This document shows, piece by piece, positions 15,157 through 20,000 of a stretch of DNA of 20,000 bases. Made by a program: the position numbers and the translations under genes. The notes under the pieces were generated by a model that saw only the letters and a program-made list of their open reading frames with translations, made no database searches and was not told the origin of the DNA. Position 1 is the first letter of the stretch, and each line of letters starts with the position of its first letter. This DNA is from an uncultured virus (IMG/VR IMGVR_UViG_3300024429_000007) (Duplodnaviria > Heunggongvirae > Uroviricota > Caudoviricetes). Location of the stretch: IMG/VR virus record IMGVR_UViG_3300024429_000007, positions 51,288 to 71,287 of that record, one strand, 5' to 3'.

Positions 15157-16689
15157 TTACGCAAGCTGCAGTCGAGCCCTCCTTGGACCCTTGCCAACCG
15201 TTGTATTCCGCTCCCGTAATAGCTCAAGCAGCACCTCCCGCGCTCTCGGCTCTGTGCCTCTGAATTCTCCTTCCGCAGTCATCGAATCGAAGTCGCCCCC
15301 GGTAGGCTCATCCAATCCTCCGAGCGCCAAGTCAGCCGAATCCAAAACGTCCTCCCGATACCAATCCGGCCACTCCCAAAATTCCTCCATCTCATCCTCT
15401 AAGCCCTCCACGTATCCCACCGCACCGGAATTGAATTTCATCGCCAGGCGCTGTCTCCTCTTCGGTCGAGATTCAAAAACGTGCACCGGCTCTACTTCGT
15501 GCGTCACCCCCTGTGCATTTGCTATCAGAAGCTGCACCCCGTTCGCCTCACACCTGAATTTCAAATCCGGTCCCCACTTCAAATCTATCTCGTTGAATAC
15601 CTGCCCGATCTCGTCCAACTCCCATTCCCCCGCCCGGATGTCCAGTAACCAAGATCGATGCGCCTCAGTCCCCTCGGATTCCAGTTTCCCCGCTACCGTG
15701 AATACCGTGCGCGCTCCTACCTTGCCCAACGATGCCCCCAAATCTACCCCGCATATCTTCTCCATCGGAGGGACTTCCAACTCTCCCAACCGCTTCTTCG
15801 CTACCGCACTCTCCCGAAATCGTATCTGTCCCATCCGTCCCAACGCCGACGGGTCCTGCTGATACTGTGCCAGAAAAAATGGTGTGCCCATCACCTTGAG
15901 CCGTCGTCTCAACTCCTCCGTCGAAATCATCGCTTCCCAAATAGACTGACCATTTAAGCTCGGCTCCCCTCGATCGTCCACCAGCGCCGCAGTCTGTAAC
16001 ATCTCAAAGATCCCCGTGCGCCGTAAATCTACCCATAAGTCCGCCGGCCCATACCGCGATTGAACGAAGTGCATCTCCCCGTCCGGTAACAACATCCCCA
16101 TCAGTTCCTCCAATACCCAACCCCTCAGTAGCTCCGCGTTCCGCCCACTGCAGTTCGAAGCATCCACCAAATCCTCACACAAAATCGTATCGTAATGACC
16201 GCCAATCTTCGATGAACCGATCCCGATACAAGAGACGTTCGGCTCGGAATCCAAACTCCGCCGACCCGCAAAGATCAATTCCGTTCCCGTATCCGTGCTG
16301 CCCTCATCGAAAAACGGTCCGAAAACTTTCATCGTCTCGTTGCGCTGTAACTGTAAACGAATCTCCCGCTGTACCTTCCGCGACTGGGGCAACGTCTTTC
16401 CCACCAACAATACCCGCCGCTCCCGACTCTCTACGCTCTTCGTCAATACAAACCCCTTCGTACAAGTGATCGTCTTCCCAAAACCTCGAGGTCCAGCTAT
16501 CACCGTAAACCGATTCCGATTCTGAAAGTTTACCCACTTCCGATGAAAAGCCTCTACCTGGTATCCGAAGATCACCCGATACAAAAATTCCCAGTCCCCG
16601 CGATCCACCGCATCCCGCACCTCGAGTACCGTCCCCAAATCCTCCACCACGTCCGCTATATCCGATGTCTGTAACCGTTTCAAGTCCAC
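15157..16689 (-). CDS. terL: Terminase large subunit
   Basis: Walker A GPRGFGKT, GGHYDTILCEDLVD (Walker B region), FLAQYQQDP, nuclease motifs CGVDLG, CEANG, EDVLDS. Confidence 0.92.
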   Translation of the reverse strand: MDLKRLQTSDIADVVEDLGTVLEVRDAVDRGDWEFLYRVIFGYQVEAFHRKWVNFQNRNRFTVIAGPRGFGKTITCTKGFVLTKSVESRERRVLLVGKTLPQSRKVQREIRLQLQRNETMKVFGPFFDEGSTDTGTELIFAGRRSLDSEPNVSCIGIGSSKIGGHYDTILCEDLVDASNCSGRNAELLRGWVLEELMGMLLPDGEMHFVQSRYGPADLWVDLRRTGIFEMLQTAALVDDRGEPSLNGQSIWEAMISTEELRRRLKVMGTPFFLAQYQQDPSALGRMGQIRFRESAVAKKRLGELEVPPMEKICGVDLGASLGKVGARTVFTVAGKLESEGTEAHRSWLLDIRAGEWELDEIGQVFNEIDLKWGPDLKFRCEANGVQLLIANAQGVTHEVEPVHVFESRPKRRQRLAMKFNSGAVGYVEGLEDEMEEFWEWPDWYREDVLDSADLALGGLDEPTGGDFDSMTAEGEFRGTEPRAREVLLELLRERNTTVGKGPRRARLQLA

Positions 16690-16704
16690 CCCATTCCCTC
16701 ATCC

Positions 16705-17073
16705 CTAAATTCTCGCAATTCGTCTTCGTTCTTCCTCAGCGTTATTCTCAATTATAGCTTGCTCTAAATCAGTTTCACTTCTTACTATAAACGCGATAAA
16801 ACCCCAGAGTTCAAATGGAAAAGGAGGATGGCTACCATCCTCTTTCAAGCAGAGCATATTGTAAGAAGGAAGACTCCCACCCAATAATACACCCATTCCT
16901 TCATATCCACATAGATCACAATGACGCGGGATACTCAGCGAGTTTCCACACTTTTCACACCTCCCCGGATCTGCCGGTTGCCCGCTCTTAGGCGGAGACG
17001 CCGGCGTCGGCCGCGGCTTCTTTACCCTCGCCACAGGTGGCGGATTATATCCCTCGCCGATAGCTGTCCACAT
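16705..17073 (-). CDS. Hypothetical Zn-ribbon protein
   Basis: GGAGG RBS before ATG 17073; Pro-rich N-terminus; CEKC...CDLC. Confidence 0.6.
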   Translation of the reverse strand: MWTAIGEGYNPPPVARVKKPRPTPASPPKSGQPADPGRCEKCGNSLSIPRHCDLCGYEGMGVLLGGSLPSYNMLCLKEDGSHPPFPFELWGFIAFIVRSETDLEQAIIENNAEEERRRIARI

Positions 17074-17267
17074 CAAATCCTCCGAACCAAAAGCCACGTC
17101 AACAACACAGCCGACCAGACGCGATTGCGAAGAGTTACCCGGCCCTTCCCGATATTAAATTGTCGCCAAAAATGCCGGGAGCCCTCAGAATTCTCTCCCC
17201 CTCGACCGCTTTCTCAATTTAATTGTCAGCATCTTCGATCACCCTAAATAAAAAAACGATAGCCCTC

Positions 17268-17594
17268 TCAAGCTATCGCCGTCTCTACCACTAAATCAAA
17301 TCGCACACTCTTGTCAATCGTCGCATCCACAAACGTCATCTTCAGTTGCCCCAACCAATTCCCCGCCGTCGCCAAATCCGCCGATGTCAACGTGCACTTC
17401 ACTATCCCCCGAGCCTTCTGCGTTACGTCGAAATCCCCCGTCACCTTCTCACACATCACCGTTGTCAAATCCTCCGCCTGAACAATCTTTAACGCCAATC
17501 CCACTCCCGTCAAGTCCACCTCCTGCCCTGCACCGTCCGTTACCTCAAATCTCAAAACTTTCTGCTCACCCTGTATCAAGTATATCGTCGCCAT
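17268..17594 (-). CDS. Ig-like virion protein resembling the BppU N-terminal domain
   Basis: GGAGG RBS; QGE...LRFEVTD..G..VDLTG...GIVKCTLT..DL...G...GQLKMTF.D pattern. Confidence 0.6.
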   Translation of the reverse strand: MATIYLIQGEQKVLRFEVTDGAGQEVDLTGVGLALKIVQAEDLTTVMCEKVTGDFDVTQKARGIVKCTLTSADLATAGNWLGQLKMTFVDATIDKSVRFDLVVETAIA

Positions 17595-17647
17595 CAGTCC
17601 CTCCGTAGAGGTATAGCGCCGGGCGGGGATCATAGCGCTATACCTCT

Positions 17648-17715
17648 ACCCCGATCAATACTTCCCGATCCGTCTCCACCGCCACCCCGATCAATACTTC
17701 CCGATCCGTCTCCAC
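17648..17715. repeat. 32-nt direct repeat x2 with 36-nt period (VETDREVLIGV x2 in a small acidic ORF ending at 17638)
   Basis: accccgatcaatacttcccgatccgtctccac at 17648-17679 and 17684-17715. Confidence 0.85.
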
Positions 17716-17973
17716 AGTAACCTCGATCAATTCCTCGGTGTCCGTCGCCAATTCCTTACCACTCCTCCCAATTACCCAGGTCAAGAAGACGATCAGAGGA
17801 TTGAAACCCCACTTCGATTGTAGCCTTAACCACGATCGCCATCCGGCAGTCTCGTCACAGGCCGGTCGCACTCACTGTCTTCGATGAAAATGAAACCTAA
17901 CGGTATTTGATGCCATATATTACCGAGACGCCCCCGACCGCCCTCTTGACCCAAGATCGAAACTCGATGCCGT

Positions 17974-18141
17974 CTAAATTCTGGTCGAAAATGTATGAAT
18001 ATAAGTATCGCTACGAGTGTACGTTATCCGACAATCCTCTTTTCGATCTCTGTGCATTGCTCGGTGACACGCAATTCCCATGTGATGAAATTCCCTTCCG
18101 CAAGTATGACAATAACAATTCTTTGCCGCAATCACCCACAT
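17974..18141 (-). CDS. Small C2H2-like zinc-finger protein
   Basis: GGAGGT RBS before ATG 18141; CHTC...F......H...H spacing; 55 aa. Confidence 0.65.
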   Translation of the reverse strand: MWVIAAKNCYCHTCGREFHHMGIACHRAMHRDRKEDCRITYTRSDTYIHTFSTRI

Positions 18142-18269
18142 AGTACCTCCCGCAATTATCCAAATACAGAAACAGTGTCCCAATGCAGTCAGGGTCGGGG
18201 GAGCGTAAGCTTTCCAGCGGTTTCATCGCAAGCTACGCCTTTTGGCCTCACAACGACCCCAACCGGAAA

Positions 18270-18362
18270 TGAAACGTATTCGAAGCGGTGTGAATGACAG
18301 GGCGAAATCGAAACCCGCCCAGGTACTACGAGTGAAACGTGTCGAAGCGGTGTGAATGACAG
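18270..18362 (-). repeat. Two 30-31-nt direct repeats with a 32-nt spacer (CRISPR-like mini-array candidate)
   Basis: Minus strand CTGTCATTCACACCGCTTCGA(C/AT)ACGTTTCA at 18333-18362 and 18270-18300. Confidence 0.85.
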
Positions 18363-18405
18363 AAACAGTATCTCGCCCCCCCCCCAACCCGTGACCACAG
18401 CCCCT

Positions 18406-18434
18406 AAAATATGCGCACATCACCCCCCTGTCAA
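18406..18434 (-). promoter_or_regulatory. Sigma70-like leftward promoter
   Basis: TTGACA (18429-18434), 17-nt spacer, TATTTT (18406-18411), A-tracts upstream (UP-like). Confidence 0.65.
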
Positions 18435-18737
18435 GTACTTTTTTTCCAAAAAATTATTTCTGCCCCAAAATATACGACGAACGCTATCCGTAAGCCGATG
18501 AATCATAACCTATTATCTCTGTATATTTTTCAATGAAAGTTTTTTGCCGGACATAGGATTTTTTTCTCTAATGCCATCTCCATCTCAAATTGTTTTACAT
18601 TTTCACAAACGCCTGTCTGCCATCCGGTTACGCCATTCCTTCTGTATCTTCCCCTTTCCACTTGTCAGACAATCCTGCTCTAAGTCCATCACACACAACG
18701 GCATAGGCCAAGTGTGTCTTGTCAAGGTGCAAAGCAT

Positions 18738-18813
18738 AAGTTACAAGTTACAAGTTACAAGTTACAAGTTACAAGTTACAAGTATAGGCATAAAGCTTCA
18801 AGCTTCAAGCTTC
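18738..18813. repeat. 7-nt tandem repeats (AAGTTAC)x6 and (AAGCTTC)x3
   Basis: Counted at 18738-18779 and 18793-18813. Confidence 0.95.
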
Positions 18814-18840
18814 AAGTGTCCTTTGCTTTCCTGCCTTGCA

Positions 18841-18938
18841 TCCATCCCCTTGCATCCATCCCCTTGCATCCATCCCCTTGCATCCATCCCCTTGCATCCA
18901 TCCCCTTGCATCCATCCCCTTGCATCCATCCCCTTGCA
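18841..18938. repeat. (TCCATCCCCTTGCA)x7 perfect 14-nt tandem array
   Basis: Seven exact copies plus a preceding partial CCTTGCA. Confidence 0.97.
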
Positions 18939-19198
18939 TATTGCCCGGTGCATTACAGCCAAGTGGTGCAAAGCAGCCGCCGCTTTGGTTCATTTGAGCC
19001 TAATCAGCAAGCATCGGTCGAGGGAGCTTTGGCATACATAAACTTTTATCTTCACCGCCCGCAAGGGCTTAGGGCAGCAGTCCCAGGACTTGGCACGCCA
19101 TTTGCTTATGTGTGAGGTGTAACACAAAAGCAAATACAAGGCTTTCGGGCTTATGTCCGACTGCCAAACATCCCACACAGAGGGGAGGTGACAACACA

Positions 19199-19645
19199 AT
19201 GGAAAGCATCGACAGGAAAAAGGCTGCTGCTTTGGGTTTCTCGATCGAAGAGATAGATCTGATCGAGGAGAAGCGCGAAGCAAAGGCTTTCGAGGGGGCC
19301 AAGAGTGGATTGGAAAACTCCGATGAACTCAAGGCTCTCAAGGCTACGGTAAAGGGCTTCGGGCATGCTGTTCGGATAGTTGTGGAAGTTACCAAGAACA
19401 CCGAGGGAAAACTTCAGAACCCGACAACACGTGTCACGTACCCGAGCAAAGCCAAGTCCGCCACCAGCAATGATAATAGCAATGGTGGGCGTTCAAAGCC
19501 CTGCACCGTCGACGGCGTCGAGTATCAGTCTTGTCAAGAAGCTTGTGACAAGTTTGAATTTCCAACGAAGGATGACTCCGCCAAGCGGGTACTGGATCGG
19601 ATGTTGAAGCAGGGAAAAATCAAAGCCTTTGAGTTGACCGAGTAA
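19199..19645 (+). CDS. Putative DNA-binding protein with a C-terminal NUMOD1-like HTH
   Basis: GGAGGTG RBS 8 nt before ATG 19199; 148 aa; KPCTVDGVEYQSCQEACDKF resembles the K.v.idG..y.S..eA HTH module. Confidence 0.65.
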   Translation: MESIDRKKAAALGFSIEEIDLIEEKREAKAFEGAKSGLENSDELKALKATVKGFGHAVRIVVEVTKNTEGKLQNPTTRVTYPSKAKSATSNDNSNGGRSKPCTVDGVEYQSCQEACDKFEFPTKDDSAKRVLDRMLKQGKIKAFELTE

Positions 19646-19668
19646 CATCGGTCGAGGGGCTTTGTTGC

Positions 19669-19700
19669 AACAGGACAAGGTAGCAATACCTTGTCCTGTT
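19669..19700 (+). terminator. Perfect 14-bp hairpin with GCAA tetraloop after the plus-strand gene
   Basis: AACAGGACAAGGTA-GCAA-TACCTTGTCCTGTT followed by TGCATTTAT (weak U-tract). Confidence 0.6.
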
Positions 19701-19752
19701 TGCATTTATGCCAAAAATCGGTCTTTTGTAGATGTAATTCCAAAAGGACACA

Positions 19753-19950
19753 ATCGGACAAAAGAACATGAACAAGCACACATCGGACAAAAGAACATGA
19801 ACAAGCACACATCGGACAAAAGGACAAAGGACAAGGGGCAAGGGGATGGACTTGGGGATGCACACAAGGAGCAAGGGGATGCACACAAGGGGCAAGGGGA
19901 TGGACTTGGGGATGCACACAAGGGGCAAGGGGATGGACTTGGGGATGCAC
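19753..19950. repeat. 29-nt repeat x2 plus partial, then G-rich 33-nt repeat x3 with one 21-nt shortened copy
   Basis: ATCGGACAAAAGAACATGAACAAGCACAC at 19753 and 19782; ACAAGGGGCAAGGGGATGGACTTGGGGATGCAC at 19831, 19885 and 19918; short variant at 19864-19884. Confidence 0.95.
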
Positions 19951-20000
19951 ACAAGGGGGTTGACAAGGAAGACTTGGGCTTTTTGGACTTTCCAAATTGG

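Noticed and set aside
203..17608. Numerous plus-strand ORFs (e.g. 1200-1919, 4003-4671, 7640-8341, 12074-12811, 15092-15862)
   Set aside because: Antisense shadows of well-supported minus-strand genes; no motifs recognised.
18190..18400. Hammerhead ribozyme or tRNA
   Set aside because: GAAAC is present but no CUGANGA core; no cloverleaf or T-loop found.
18189..18423. Short ORFs across the mini-array
   Set aside because: No RBS, and the 30/31-nt repeat copies differ by an indel; better explained as non-coding.
18500..18535. Second leftward promoter TTGAAA...TATGAT
   Set aside because: Spacer is 20 nt, outside the normal 16-18 nt range.
18544..19115. ORFs through the 7- and 14-nt arrays
   Set aside because: Open only because the repeats lack stops in those frames; periods are not multiples of 3.
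18841..19950. Tandem arrays as CRISPR or TIGR arrays
   Set aside because: Units are contiguous and near-identical, with no variable spacers.
19534..19995. Minus-strand Cys/Pro-rich ORFs in all three frames
   Set aside because: Translation artefacts of the 29- and 33-nt repeats.

Overview
A 20 kb segment of a tailed dsDNA phage (HK97-fold head; bacterial GGAGG RBSs and a sigma70-like promoter). Almost all genes are on the minus strand. In transcription order: small genes, large terminase, portal, an ~10 kb accessory block, prohead protease with a nested scaffold, major capsid protein, an acidic-repeat protein and a head-tail connector (cut by the window edge). The block between portal and protease encodes two 3'-5' exonucleases, a SAM methyltransferase, GT2- and GT9-like glycosyltransferases, a membrane protein, and a three-gene DNA end-healing/sealing cassette: a Pol-beta-type nucleotidyltransferase, an ATP-dependent DNA ligase, and a Dam-like methyltransferase fused to two LigD phosphoesterase-like domains. 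Domain junctions in this cassette carry the same hydrophobic-E/Q/S-K-A/S motif as the scaffold and the capsid N-terminus, suggesting protease-processed, virion-packaged cargo. Non-coding highlights: a 275-bp protein-less IS200/IS605 mini-element keeping both ends and a TnpB omegaRNA-like tail; a promoter-driven two-repeat mini-array followed by a structured anti-repeat-bearing fold; and oppositely oriented G-tract arrays flanking the only plus-strand gene, a probable DNA-binding protein. All family calls come from reading motifs by eye; no database searches were run.
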